Origin: Acidimicrobiales bacterium
Lineage (GTDB): Bacteria; Actinomycetota; Acidimicrobiia; Acidimicrobiales; JBBRKR01
Assembly: GCA_038231795.1 (NCBI GenBank)
Contig: JBBRKR010000001.1
Coordinates: 259,199 to 323,198 of the forward strand
Length of the DNA: 64,000 bases
Direction: 5' to 3'
A program made the translations under genes and the position numbers. This document shows, piece by piece, positions 1-8,848 of the stretch; the stretch's first letter is position 1, and each line of letters opens with the position of its first letter. The notes beneath the pieces were generated by a model. That model was given only the letters and a program-made list of their open reading frames with translations. It was not told the DNA's origin and ran no database searches.

Positions 1-19
1 TCACCAAATTGCTCTCGCC

Positions 20-1288
20 GTGAGCATTCTCTCGAAACACATTGTGGACCTGACGCCTTTGCGCACAAAGGCCATTGCTCGACTATTCGTGGGGACCGGG
101 TTCGGGGTGTTGGGCCTCAACCTGTTCGCTGTAGCGGCCCAATGGCAGATGTACGAGATCACCAAATCGTCGCTCATGGTGGGGCTTCTAGGAGCCACAA
201 GTTTGTTGCCCACGCTTGTGCTGTCGGTCGTTGGCGGAGCCCTTGCCGACGCCCACGACAAGCGCACATTGATGTGCATCTACTACGTGTCCGAGGCGAT
301 CGTCATCGCCGGGTTGTTGTTGGCCAGTATCGGCCTACAGCCCCGCGTCGGCTTCATTTTTGGGGCCGAATTTTTGGTGGCGTGCGCGTCGTCAATGGCA
401 TACCCGGCCGGCGCGGCCGCCATCCAATTGCTCACGCCGTCGTCCCAAATTGAATCGGTCGCTGCGCTGCGTGGCGTTATGTATTCGACGGTTCACTTGG
501 CGGCTCCGGCGTTAGCGGGTTTGTTGATTCATTTCGTCGGTGTGCCGTCGACCTATGGAACGGGCATGGTGGTGCTGGTCGTTGGGGCCGTGGTGCTGCT
601 GGGTATGCCGCGCATAGCGCCGGCGCCTGATGCCGACAAGGCCAGCGCAGCATCGATCAAAGAGGGCCTGGTGTTTGCCCGTCGCAAACCGATCGTGATG
701 GCCATTTTTGGCGTCGATCTCGATGCCATGGTGTTTGGACTTCCCCAAGCGTTGTTTCCTGCCATGGCAGCCCGAATCGGCGGCGGGTCCACCACTTTTG
801 GGTTGCTCAAAGCAGCACCGTTTGTGGGCTCGTCGATCGCCAGCTTGGTGTCGCGCAAGGCCGCCAACGTACGCAAGCAAGGCATGGCGGTGGTGTATTG
901 CGTGATGGCCTGGGGCGCTGCAATAGCGCTCGCCGGGCTCACCACGATGTTGCCCCTTGTGCTCTTCGGGTTGGCTGCGGCGGGCGCTGCCGACATGATC
1001 TCTGGCATCTACCGGATGGCCATTGTGCAAGCTTCGGTACCCGACGAAATGCGGGGCAGAATCAGTGGCATCGAATTCGCCGTGTATGCCGGAGGCCCAG
1101 CCTTTGGCGATATCGAGGCTGGCGCAGTGGCGTCACTCACCAACGTGGCCTTCTCATGGGTGTCGGGCGGGGTGGCGTGCATTGGGGTGGCGTGGTTGTT
1201 GAGCCGTCGGATTCCCGAGTTGCGTCGTTACCGCGCCCCCGACTTTGATCCGCAAAAAGGTGCCGAGGCAACAGCCCTTCCCGGGTAG
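20..1288 (+). CDS. MFS-type membrane transporter
   Basis: 422-aa ORF made almost entirely of hydrophobic G/A/L/V-rich segments (about 12 helices) with short basic loops such as 'GALADAHDKR', as in major-facilitator proteins. GTG start is 19 nt from the window edge, so the true start may lie upstream. Confidence 0.7.
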   Translation: MSILSKHIVDLTPLRTKAIARLFVGTGFGVLGLNLFAVAAQWQMYEITKSSLMVGLLGATSLLPTLVLSVVGGALADAHDKRTLMCIYYVSEAIVIAGLLLASIGLQPRVGFIFGAEFLVACASSMAYPAGAAAIQLLTPSSQIESVAALRGVMYSTVHLAAPALAGLLIHFVGVPSTYGTGMVVLVVGAVVLLGMPRIAPAPDADKASAASIKEGLVFARRKPIVMAIFGVDLDAMVFGLPQALFPAMAARIGGGSTTFGLLKAAPFVGSSIASLVSRKAANVRKQGMAVVYCVMAWGAAIALAGLTTMLPLVLFGLAAAGAADMISGIYRMAIVQASVPDEMRGRISGIEFAVYAGGPAFGDIEAGAVASLTNVAFSWVSGGVACIGVAWLLSRRIPELRRYRAPDFDPQKGAEATALPG

Positions 1289-1297
1289 CCTGCAGGA

Positions 1298-2824
1298 GTG
1301 GGAATTTACTACGTAACGACGCCGATTTATTACGTCAACGACGCGCCGCACATTGGTCATAGCTACACCACGGTGATCGCTGATGCGCTCGCCCGGTGGC
1401 ATCGGTTGATCGGAGACGACGTGTTGTTTCTGACAGGCACCGACGAGCACGGACTCAAGGTGCAACGGGCAGCTGAGGCCCACGACATGACCCCTATCCA
1501 GTGGGCCGATCAAACCGTCGAACGTTTCAAGGACGCCTGGAAGCTTCTCGGAATTTCCCACGATCACTTCATTCGCACCACGGAGCCACGTCACTACGAG
1601 GCAGTGCAGTGGCTCCTGCAGCGCTGCTACGACAACGGTTTCATTCGCTCTGGCACCTACGAAGGGCTGTACTGCGTGGGGTGTGAGGCGTACTACACCC
1701 CTGCCGATCTACTCGAAGGCAACCTGTGTCCCACCCACAAAACGCCTGTCGAAAACGTTGTTGAAGAGAACTACTTTTTTGAGTTGAGCAAGTTTGAGCA
1801 ACCCCTCTTGGACTACTACGCGGCCAATCCAGATTTCGTCTACCCCGAACCAAAACGCAATGAGGCGCTCGGCTTTATACGGGGTGGATTGCAAGACTTT
1901 TCGATTTCCCGCACCTCGATTTCGTGGGGAATCCCGCTGCCATGGGACGCAAAGCACGTCACCTACGTGTGGTTCGATGCGCTCACTAATTACGCATCCT
2001 TCGTGGGCCTCGGGTCTGACACGGCCGAGGATCAAGAACGATTCGCTACATGGTGGCCCCATGTACATCACCTCATCGGCAAAGACATTTTGCGATTCCA
2101 CACGGTGTATTGGCCAGCGATGTTGATGGCGGCCGGCATCCCGGTGCCCAGACAAGTTTCGATTCACGGCTACCTGTTGGTGGGCGGAGAAAAAATGTCG
2201 AAGACGGCCTTCAATATGATCTCGCCGCAAATGTTGGTTGACGATTTCGGCGTCGATGGCACGCGCTATCACGTATTGCGCGACCTGCCGTTCGGCCCTG
2301 ATGGCGACTTCTCATACGAAGGCATGGTGGCCCGCTACAACTCAGATCTGGCCAACAATCTGGGCAACCTCCTGAGCCGTGTGGCGACTGTCGTAGCCAA
2401 GAAGTGTGGCGGCATCGGCACGGCGCCCAGCCCCACTTCACCACTCGCTGAAATTGCGGCTGGTGTTGTCGCCGACACCACAGCAGCGTGGGGCAATACT
2501 GCCCCCAGCGAGGCGCTCGATGCCACGTGGCGTCTGATTCGGGCCGCCAACTCGCACCTCGAAAACAACGCCCCTTGGAAAATGGAGCCCGGTGCCGAAG
2601 TCGATGCCGTGATGGGCGATGCCCTCGAGGTACTGCGCTTGGTGTGCATTCTGGCCAGCCCCGCCATTCCAGCCACGTGTCAAACTATCTGGAATCGCAT
2701 TGGCCTGACGGGTTCGCCGACCGATCGAATTTTGGCCGACGTGAGTGCATGGGGCGGTTACCCCGGCGGTGTCGCGGTGCAGACTGGCGATCCGCTGTTT
2801 CCTCGATTGCCGAGTACCAAGTAG
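1298..2824 (+). CDS. metG: Methionine--tRNA ligase (short form, no C-terminal tRNA-binding domain)
   Basis: N-terminus 'TTPIYYVNDAPHIGHSYT' (HIGH-type motif), 'KMSKT' (KMSKS motif), 'WFDALTNY'; 508 aa. Confidence 0.93.
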   Translation: MGIYYVTTPIYYVNDAPHIGHSYTTVIADALARWHRLIGDDVLFLTGTDEHGLKVQRAAEAHDMTPIQWADQTVERFKDAWKLLGISHDHFIRTTEPRHYEAVQWLLQRCYDNGFIRSGTYEGLYCVGCEAYYTPADLLEGNLCPTHKTPVENVVEENYFFELSKFEQPLLDYYAANPDFVYPEPKRNEALGFIRGGLQDFSISRTSISWGIPLPWDAKHVTYVWFDALTNYASFVGLGSDTAEDQERFATWWPHVHHLIGKDILRFHTVYWPAMLMAAGIPVPRQVSIHGYLLVGGEKMSKTAFNMISPQMLVDDFGVDGTRYHVLRDLPFGPDGDFSYEGMVARYNSDLANNLGNLLSRVATVVAKKCGGIGTAPSPTSPLAEIAAGVVADTTAAWGNTAPSEALDATWRLIRAANSHLENNAPWKMEPGAEVDAVMGDALEVLRLVCILASPAIPATCQTIWNRIGLTGSPTDRILADVSAWGGYPGGVAVQTGDPLFPRLPSTK

Positions 2825-2827
2825 CTC

Positions 2828-3571
2828 ATGGGTTGGTTCGATAACCACTGCCACATCCACGACGAAGGCCTCGGCAACGAGGCCGTACAACGCTCGTTGG
2901 CCAACGGCGTCGAGGGCATGATCACTGTTGGTTGTGATCTGCCCACATCCCTCGCCGCCATAGCGACAGCGGAAGCCAACGCCAATGTGTGGGCCACCGT
3001 GGGCCTCCACCCTCACGACGCCAGCCTTGGGCTCGATGGCCTCGAAGCACTGTTGACTCACCCCAAAGTGGTGGCAGTGGGGGAGTGCGGCCTGGACTAC
3101 TTCTACGACCATTCACCGCGTGATATTCAGCGTCCAATTTTTGAGCAACAAATCGCGTGGGCCCACGAACACGACCTTCCGCTGGTGATTCACACCCGCG
3201 ATGCGTGGGACGACACGTTCGAAATTTTGGCATCCTCGAAGGTGCCCCGTCGGACCATTTTTCATTGCTTCACCGGTGGCCCGAATGAGGCCGAAAAATG
3301 TCTTGCCGTTGGCGCCTATTTGAGCTTCAGCGGCATTGTCACCTTCAAGAATTCGGCCGACAACAAAGCAGCAGCCGCAATGTGCCCCGCCGATCGGCTC
3401 ATGGTGGAAACCGATGCGCCGTTCCTTACTCCCGACCCGTTCCGGGGACGTAAAAATGAGCCGTCGTACGTGAGCAGAGTTGGCGAGGTGATCGCCGGAT
3501 TGCGCGACGTTCCCGTCGATGAAATTCAAGCGGCGACCACGGCCAACGCCCGGCGGGTATACGGGCTGTGA
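2828..3571 (+). CDS. tatD: TatD-family metal-dependent hydrolase/DNase
   Basis: 'FDNHCHIHD' N-terminal His pair, 'VIHTRDA', 'IFHCFTG', 'VETDAPFL'; 247 aa, directly after metG. Confidence 0.88.
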   Translation: MGWFDNHCHIHDEGLGNEAVQRSLANGVEGMITVGCDLPTSLAAIATAEANANVWATVGLHPHDASLGLDGLEALLTHPKVVAVGECGLDYFYDHSPRDIQRPIFEQQIAWAHEHDLPLVIHTRDAWDDTFEILASSKVPRRTIFHCFTGGPNEAEKCLAVGAYLSFSGIVTFKNSADNKAAAAMCPADRLMVETDAPFLTPDPFRGRKNEPSYVSRVGEVIAGLRDVPVDEIQAATTANARRVYGL

Positions 3572-4401
3572 CCCATTCTCGCAACGCCATTATGGGTCTC
3601 TTGGAACTACACGGCCTTAAGCCAAGCAGGGCGTTGGGGCAAAACTTTGTGGCCGATGGCAATACTGTGCGCCGAATCGTGCGCCTTGCGGAAATACAGC
3701 CCGGCCAACGGGTGATCGAAATTGGGGCGGGTCTTGGATCGCTTACGTTGGCCTTGGCCGAGGCCAAAGCCGTGGTGACGGCCATCGATATCGACAAATA
3801 CATCCTGCCTGTACTGCGCACGTTGGTTGAGCCCGTCGGAGTTACCGTGATCGAAGCCGACGCCATGAATCTTGATTGGGAGTCAATCCTCAAAGGGCAA
3901 CCGCACACACTGGTAGCCAACCTCCCGTACAACGTGGCCACTCCTTTAGTGTGCGATTTGCTCGACGATGTTCCCCTTATCACCGACATGTTGGTGATGG
4001 TGCAACTCGAAGTTGGGGAACGCATGGCAGCGCCGGTGCGCTCGGATCCGTATGGCGCCGTGAGTGTGAAAGTGGCGTATTACGCCGATGCCAAAGTGGT
4101 AGGTAAGGTGCCGCCCAGCGTGTTTGTGCCCCAACCAAAAGTTGATTCCGCGTTGGTGCGAATCACCCGTCGTTCTACTCCGGCCGTCGCCGAGCCCCAC
4201 GACCGCAAGTTGCTATTCGAGCTAGTAAAAGCTGGCTTCGGTCAGCGCCGTAAGATGCTCCGCAGCTCGCTGAAATCAATGGCTGTGTCTGATGCTGAAT
4301 TTGTGGCCGCCGATGTGAGCGGCACATGCCGAGCAGAAGAAATTGACGTGCACGGCTGGGGTCGCCTGGCCATCGTGGTCGGGCACCGACAGTCAGCATG
4401 A
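3568..4401 (+). CDS. rsmA: 16S rRNA (adenine1518/1519-N6)-dimethyltransferase
   Basis: 'LGQNFVADGNTVRRIV', SAM-binding 'VIEIGAGLGSLT', 'ANLPYNVATP'; 4-nt overlap with tatD. Confidence 0.92.
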   Translation: MTHSRNAIMGLLELHGLKPSRALGQNFVADGNTVRRIVRLAEIQPGQRVIEIGAGLGSLTLALAEAKAVVTAIDIDKYILPVLRTLVEPVGVTVIEADAMNLDWESILKGQPHTLVANLPYNVATPLVCDLLDDVPLITDMLVMVQLEVGERMAAPVRSDPYGAVSVKVAYYADAKVVGKVPPSVFVPQPKVDSALVRITRRSTPAVAEPHDRKLLFELVKAGFGQRRKMLRSSLKSMAVSDAEFVAADVSGTCRAEEIDVHGWGRLAIVVGHRQSA

Positions 4402-5153
4402 CGATCGTTCACGCCCACGCCAAGCTCACGTTGTCGTTGCGGATCACGGGTGTGCGAGCCGATGGGTATCACTTGATCGACGCCGAGATGGTGACGCTCG
4501 ATGTGCACGACGATCTTGAATTTGCGCCCGGCGATGGGCTTGAGATCTTCGGCAACCACCACATCGAAGTCGACGAAAACAATCTGGTTCGTAAAGCTCT
4601 GGCCGCCGTGGATCGCACCGCTCATGTGATTCTCACCAAACGGATTCCATCAGGAGGCGGGCTCGGGGGTGGCTCTGCCGATGCCGCCGCTGTGCTGCGG
4701 TGGGCTGGATGTGCCGACCCAAACGTGGCCGTGCGGCTCGGTGCCGATGTGCCATTTTGTCTCCACCAAGGCCGAGCTCGGGTAACAGGAATCGGCGAAA
4801 TTATTGAGTCACTGCCGTTTGTAGCCCGCACATTTACGTTGGTTACGCCGCCGCTTCACGTGTCGACGCCCGGCGTGTATCGCATGTGGGATGCCATCGG
4901 CGGCCCCCGGAATCAACATGGTGTCAACGATCTTGAACCAGCTGCATTGGCGTACGAACCATCGCTCGAGACGTGGCGCGACATGATCACGGACGGCACA
5001 AATCGAGTGCCGACATTGGCGGGCAGCGGGGCAACCTGGTTTGTGGAGGGCGACCACAGTTCCCTGGCTCAAACATTGATCGGAGCCACAGTTTGTGTAG
5101 CTCACACGATCCGAGCGGGCGTCGAAACGACCGATGCGCAGGGAACCGGCTAG
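4398..5153 (+). CDS. ispE: 4-diphosphocytidyl-2-C-methyl-D-erythritol kinase
   Basis: GHMP-kinase motif 'IPSGGGLGGGSADAAAVL', N-terminal 'AKLTLSLRITGVRADGYH'; ATGA overlap with rsmA. Confidence 0.9.
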   Translation: MTIVHAHAKLTLSLRITGVRADGYHLIDAEMVTLDVHDDLEFAPGDGLEIFGNHHIEVDENNLVRKALAAVDRTAHVILTKRIPSGGGLGGGSADAAAVLRWAGCADPNVAVRLGADVPFCLHQGRARVTGIGEIIESLPFVARTFTLVTPPLHVSTPGVYRMWDAIGGPRNQHGVNDLEPAALAYEPSLETWRDMITDGTNRVPTLAGSGATWFVEGDHSSLAQTLIGATVCVAHTIRAGVETTDAQGTG

Positions 5154-5242
5154 CGGTTACGCTTCCAACGCGTCTTCTTTAGCATCTTGCGGTGCTTCTT
5201 CTTACGCATGCGCTTACGGCGCTTCTTAATCAATGATCCCAT
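5150..5242 (-). CDS. 30-aa Lys/Arg-rich small protein resembling actinobacterial ribosomal protein bS22
   Basis: Hand-translated minus strand from ATG at 5242 to TAG at 5150: MGSLIKKRRKRMRKKKHRKMLKKTRWKRNR (18 of 30 residues K/R). It matches the MGS.IKKRRKRM.KKKHRK.L..TR pattern of bS22 as I remember it. It is below the 60-aa cutoff of the ORF track. Confidence 0.72.
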   Translation of the reverse strand: MGSLIKKRRKRMRKKKHRKMLKKTRWKRNR

Positions 5243-5365
5243 GACGGGCGTCAACCTAGTAGGTCGCCGACCGGTTGCTCAAAACAGTCGGAAATTGCTA
5301 CACCAAAACTGTTTCCTATTGTCTTGTTCCGGAGCGGTGTTCTTCGGTTAACCTGTAGCGACCCT

Positions 5366-5436
5366 TCGGGGGTCGTTCAATGGTAGGACAACAGACTTTG
5401 AATCTGTTTATGGAGGTTCGAGCCCTCCCCCCCGAG
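5366..5436 (+). tRNA. tRNA-Gln (anticodon TTG)
   Basis: Cloverleaf parsed by hand. Acceptor TCGGGGG/CCCCCGA; D arm GTTC-AATGGTA-GGAC; anticodon arm ACAGA-CTTTGAA-TCTGT (TTG); T arm GGAGG-TTCGAGC-CCTCC; discriminator G; CCA not encoded. Confidence 0.9.
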
Positions 5437-5438
5437 CA

Positions 5439-6506
5439 ATGGCACGTTCAATTTCGGCTGTGATCCTCGCTGCTGGCGAGGGGAGTCGCATGAAGTCCAC
5501 TCGCCCAAAACCCTTGCATCTGTTGTGTGGGCGGCCCATGTTGTTTTGTGTGTTGGATTCGCTTGCCGATATCAACCCTGATCGAGTTGTAGTGGTCGTT
5601 GGCCACGGAGCCGAGCGAGTCACCAAGAAAGCGCAAGCTGATTCGGGCATGCCGCTTGAGTTCGTGGAGCAGCGTGTGCAGCGCGGCACCGGCGATGCTG
5701 TGGGCGTGGCCCTCACTGCATTCACCGAGATCGACGAATTCGACGACGATGATGACGACCTCCTCGTGATGCCGGGCGATCAACCGCTGCTGCGGGCCAG
5801 CACCATTGCTGCGCTCATCGACCATCATCGAGCCACTGGAGCAGCGGCCACGCTTCTCACTGCCCGCTTGCCTGATGCCACCGGTCTCGGGCGAATCATT
5901 CGCGATAAGCACGGCAACGTGTTGCGCATCGTGGAGCACCGTGACGCCACGGACGCCGAACGAGCCATCACCGAAATCAACACGTCGATCTACGTCTTTC
6001 GCCGTTCGTTGCTAGCTCCTGCGCTGCGCAAGGTAGAGCCGAACAATTCCCAAGGTGAGTACTACCTCACCGATACCGTCGAAGTGTTGAGCCGCGCTGG
6101 GCACGTTGTCGAAGGCGTCGTTGCCGCCGACGAAGCGGAAACGCACGGCGTAAATGATCGCGTGCAGTTGGCTCATGCCGAGTCGGTGTTGCGAGCCCGC
6201 ACCAACGATAAGTGGATGCGATTGGGTGTGTCGATGCTCGATCCGACCAACACGTACGTGGATGCCACAGCCACGTTGGCGCCCGATGTCACGCTGTTCC
6301 CGGGCGTCATTTTGCAGGGCAATACAGTGATCGGTGCTCAAACCGAAATCGGGCCCGGCACCCGTCTGATCAACTGCACCGTTGGCGAGCGATGCCGCAT
6401 TGATCACGTCACGGCCCGCGATTGCGTGATCGGTGATGACTGCGTGGTGGGTCCCTATCTGAGCCTGGAGCCGGGCACGGAAATCGCATCCGGTTCTATT
6501 CGTTAG
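5439..6506 (+). CDS. glmU: GlmU-like sugar-1-phosphate uridylyltransferase with truncated left-handed beta-helix (acetyltransferase catalytic end missing)
   Basis: 'AVILAAGEGSRMKSTRPKPLH', 'QRGTGDAV', 'LVMPGDQPLL', 'GRIIRD..G.VLRIVEHRDA', 'EYYLTD', then about 5 hexapeptide coils. It is 355 aa versus about 450-495 aa for GlmU, and prs starts 27 nt after the stop. Confidence 0.8.
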   Translation: MARSISAVILAAGEGSRMKSTRPKPLHLLCGRPMLFCVLDSLADINPDRVVVVVGHGAERVTKKAQADSGMPLEFVEQRVQRGTGDAVGVALTAFTEIDEFDDDDDDLLVMPGDQPLLRASTIAALIDHHRATGAAATLLTARLPDATGLGRIIRDKHGNVLRIVEHRDATDAERAITEINTSIYVFRRSLLAPALRKVEPNNSQGEYYLTDTVEVLSRAGHVVEGVVAADEAETHGVNDRVQLAHAESVLRARTNDKWMRLGVSMLDPTNTYVDATATLAPDVTLFPGVILQGNTVIGAQTEIGPGTRLINCTVGERCRIDHVTARDCVIGDDCVVGPYLSLEPGTEIASGSIR

Positions 6507-6532
6507 ACTGCCGAAGGACAAAGGGGCGCAAC

Positions 6533-7516
6533 ATGGAACTGGTCACCAAGAAGAAACTTGTGTTGTTCGCTGGCCGCGCCACTGAGCAACTGGCCACCGA
6601 AGTTTCAGAGCACCTGGGCGTGCGATTGGGCGACACGAACACCCGAATTTTTGCCAACGGCGAAATTCACTGCAAGTTCGATGAATCGATTCGAGGCGCC
6701 GACGTTTTTTTGATCCAGACGCATACCGCCTTCGAAGGCCAGAGCCTCAACGATGCGCTCATGGAGCAACTCATTATGTGCGACGCGGCCCGGCGGGCGT
6801 CGGCCAAACGCATTACCGTGGTGTGCCCGTACTACGGCTATTCACGGCAAGACCGCAAGTCGTCTGGACGTGAGCCGATTACGGCACGATTGGTTGCCGA
6901 CCTCTTCCAAGCCGCTGGCGTTCAACGGCTGGTGAGCCTGGATTTGCACTCTGGACAGATCCAAGGTTTCTTCGATGGACCTGTTGACCATCTCACTGCA
7001 GCTCCGGTCCTGACGTCGTATCTGAAGACCCATTTGCGAGGTGATCTGGTAGTGGTGTCGCCTGATGCTGGTCGTGTGAAAGTGGCTGAGCGTTACGCGC
7101 AGCACCTCGGTGCCGAAGTGGCCACGGTGTACAAGCGTCGAGACAAAAACAAGATCAACACCGTTGAGGCGCTCGATGTGATGGGCGACGTGGACGGACG
7201 CGTGTGCGTGATCGTGGACGACATGATCGATACGGCTGGCACGATCTGTGCCGCAGCTGAGCAGCTCACCAAACGGGGCGCCACGGAAGTGTGGGCGGCG
7301 GCCACTCACGGCGTGCTGTCAGGGCCGGCCATTGACCGCATCAAGAATTCGGTGTTCACGAAAGTGATTATCACCAATACGCTGCCATTACCTCCCGAAA
7401 AGCAGATCGACAAGATCGAAGTGCTGTCCGTAGCGCCCATTATTGCCGACGCCATCCACGCCGTTTTCGAGGACACCAGCGTGTCTGAAATATTCGGCGG
7501 CGAAAACCAAAGCTGA
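6533..7516 (+). CDS. prs: Ribose-phosphate pyrophosphokinase
   Basis: 'YYGYSRQDRK', 'DLHSGQIQGFF', PRPP loop 'VIVDDMIDTAGT'; 327 aa. Confidence 0.95.
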   Translation: MELVTKKKLVLFAGRATEQLATEVSEHLGVRLGDTNTRIFANGEIHCKFDESIRGADVFLIQTHTAFEGQSLNDALMEQLIMCDAARRASAKRITVVCPYYGYSRQDRKSSGREPITARLVADLFQAAGVQRLVSLDLHSGQIQGFFDGPVDHLTAAPVLTSYLKTHLRGDLVVVSPDAGRVKVAERYAQHLGAEVATVYKRRDKNKINTVEALDVMGDVDGRVCVIVDDMIDTAGTICAAAEQLTKRGATEVWAAATHGVLSGPAIDRIKNSVFTKVIITNTLPLPPEKQIDKIEVLSVAPIIADAIHAVFEDTSVSEIFGGENQS

Positions 7517-7585
7517 CCGTTTTCCCGGATCGCTTCCCGATCCCCTACACTTGCCGGGTTCTATCGAAGCCGCTTGGAGCTTGCT

Positions 7586-8200
7586 ATGTCTGAAATTATT
7601 GTTACCGCAGTGACCGGTCGGGCCTTTGGTGGTCCGGAGACTCGTCGCCTTCGCCGTGAAGACAAAATCCCCGCCGTAATTTACGGTGGATCCGGAGAAT
7701 CTGTAGCCCTCACCCTCGAGCGCCCTGTGTTGCGTCACGCCTTGAGCACCGACGCCGGCAACAACGTGATTGTCACCGTGAAGTACGACGGACACAGCGA
7801 GTTGGCGATCATCAAAGAGATCCAACGTGACAAGGTCAAGCGCACCGTCAACCACATCGACTTCTTGCGGGTAACGCCCGACCAGAAGATCACCGTGAAG
7901 GTGCCCGTGGTACTGACCGGCGAGGCCCCCAAAGTGGCCGCCGAATTCGGCATGGTGGAGCAGGTTCTCAACGTGCTCAGCATCAACACCACCCCGGCCA
8001 CAGTGCCCGTAAACATCACGGTCGACGTGTCGCCCCTCGAAGTTGGCTCATTCATCACCGTCAACGACCTTGTGCTCACGCCTGGCACCACTGTCAACGC
8101 CCGTGCGGGCGCAATTGTGGCCGCCGGCCGCGCCACCCGCGCCACCGCCGTGGCTGCGGCAGCTACTGCTCCTGTTGCCAAGGGCAAGGGCAAGAAGTAG
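7586..8200 (+). CDS. rplY: 50S ribosomal protein L25 / general stress protein Ctc
   Basis: 'GRAFGGPETRRLRREDKIPAVIYGG' N-terminus and Ala/Lys-rich tail. ATG 7586 is preferred over the track's TTG 7574 because GGAG (7576-7579) sits 6 nt upstream. Confidence 0.9.
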   Translation: MSEIIVTAVTGRAFGGPETRRLRREDKIPAVIYGGSGESVALTLERPVLRHALSTDAGNNVIVTVKYDGHSELAIIKEIQRDKVKRTVNHIDFLRVTPDQKITVKVPVVLTGEAPKVAAEFGMVEQVLNVLSINTTPATVPVNITVDVSPLEVGSFITVNDLVLTPGTTVNARAGAIVAAGRATRATAVAAAATAPVAKGKGKK

Positions 8201-8209
8201 TCCTAACGG

Positions 8210-8827
8210 ATGGCCTTGTTTGCTCGCTCTGAGCGACGGGGCACCCCCGCGGCGTTGGTCGTCGTGGGTCTCGGCAATCCCGGCGAAAAATACGCTCACA
8301 CGCGCCACAACGTCGGATTCGATGTGATCGATCTGTTGGCGAAACGTCATGGCGGGTCGCTGAAATTGGGCAGGCACCGGGCCTTTGAGTGCGACGTGCG
8401 CATTGGCGGTCAGCGTGTGATTTTGGCAAAGCCGATCACATTTATGAATCTGTCCGGTGAGGCCGTAGCACCCATTTGTAAGGCATCAGGGCTCGAAAAT
8501 CCGGCAGCCTTAGTGGTCGTGCAAGACGAGCTTGATTTAGCGCCCGGGGTAGTGAAAGTGAAAGCCGGCGGGGGCTTGGCTGGACACAATGGGCTGAAAT
8601 CGATCACCCAACATTTGCACACCCAGGACTACACCCGGGTGCGAATCGGGGTCGGTAAACCAGCGAACGCGGCGTCGGGCGTCGAACACGTGCTGAAGCG
8701 ATTTTCTCAAGCCGAAAAGCCGATCATCGACATCGCTATCGAACGGGCTGCCGACGCCGTGGAAGCAATCCTGCTCACCGGTATCGAACGGGCAATGAAC
8801 GCGGTTAATACCGTCCCGAGCGCGTAG
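8210..8827 (+). CDS. pth: Peptidyl-tRNA hydrolase
   Basis: 'VVVGLGNPGEKYAHTRHNVGF', 'GHNGLKS'; 205 aa. Confidence 0.93.
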   Translation: MALFARSERRGTPAALVVVGLGNPGEKYAHTRHNVGFDVIDLLAKRHGGSLKLGRHRAFECDVRIGGQRVILAKPITFMNLSGEAVAPICKASGLENPAALVVVQDELDLAPGVVKVKAGGGLAGHNGLKSITQHLHTQDYTRVRIGVGKPANAASGVEHVLKRFSQAEKPIIDIAIERAADAVEAILLTGIERAMNAVNTVPSA

Positions 8828-8848
8828 ATCGCACAGAATGTAGGCCAC

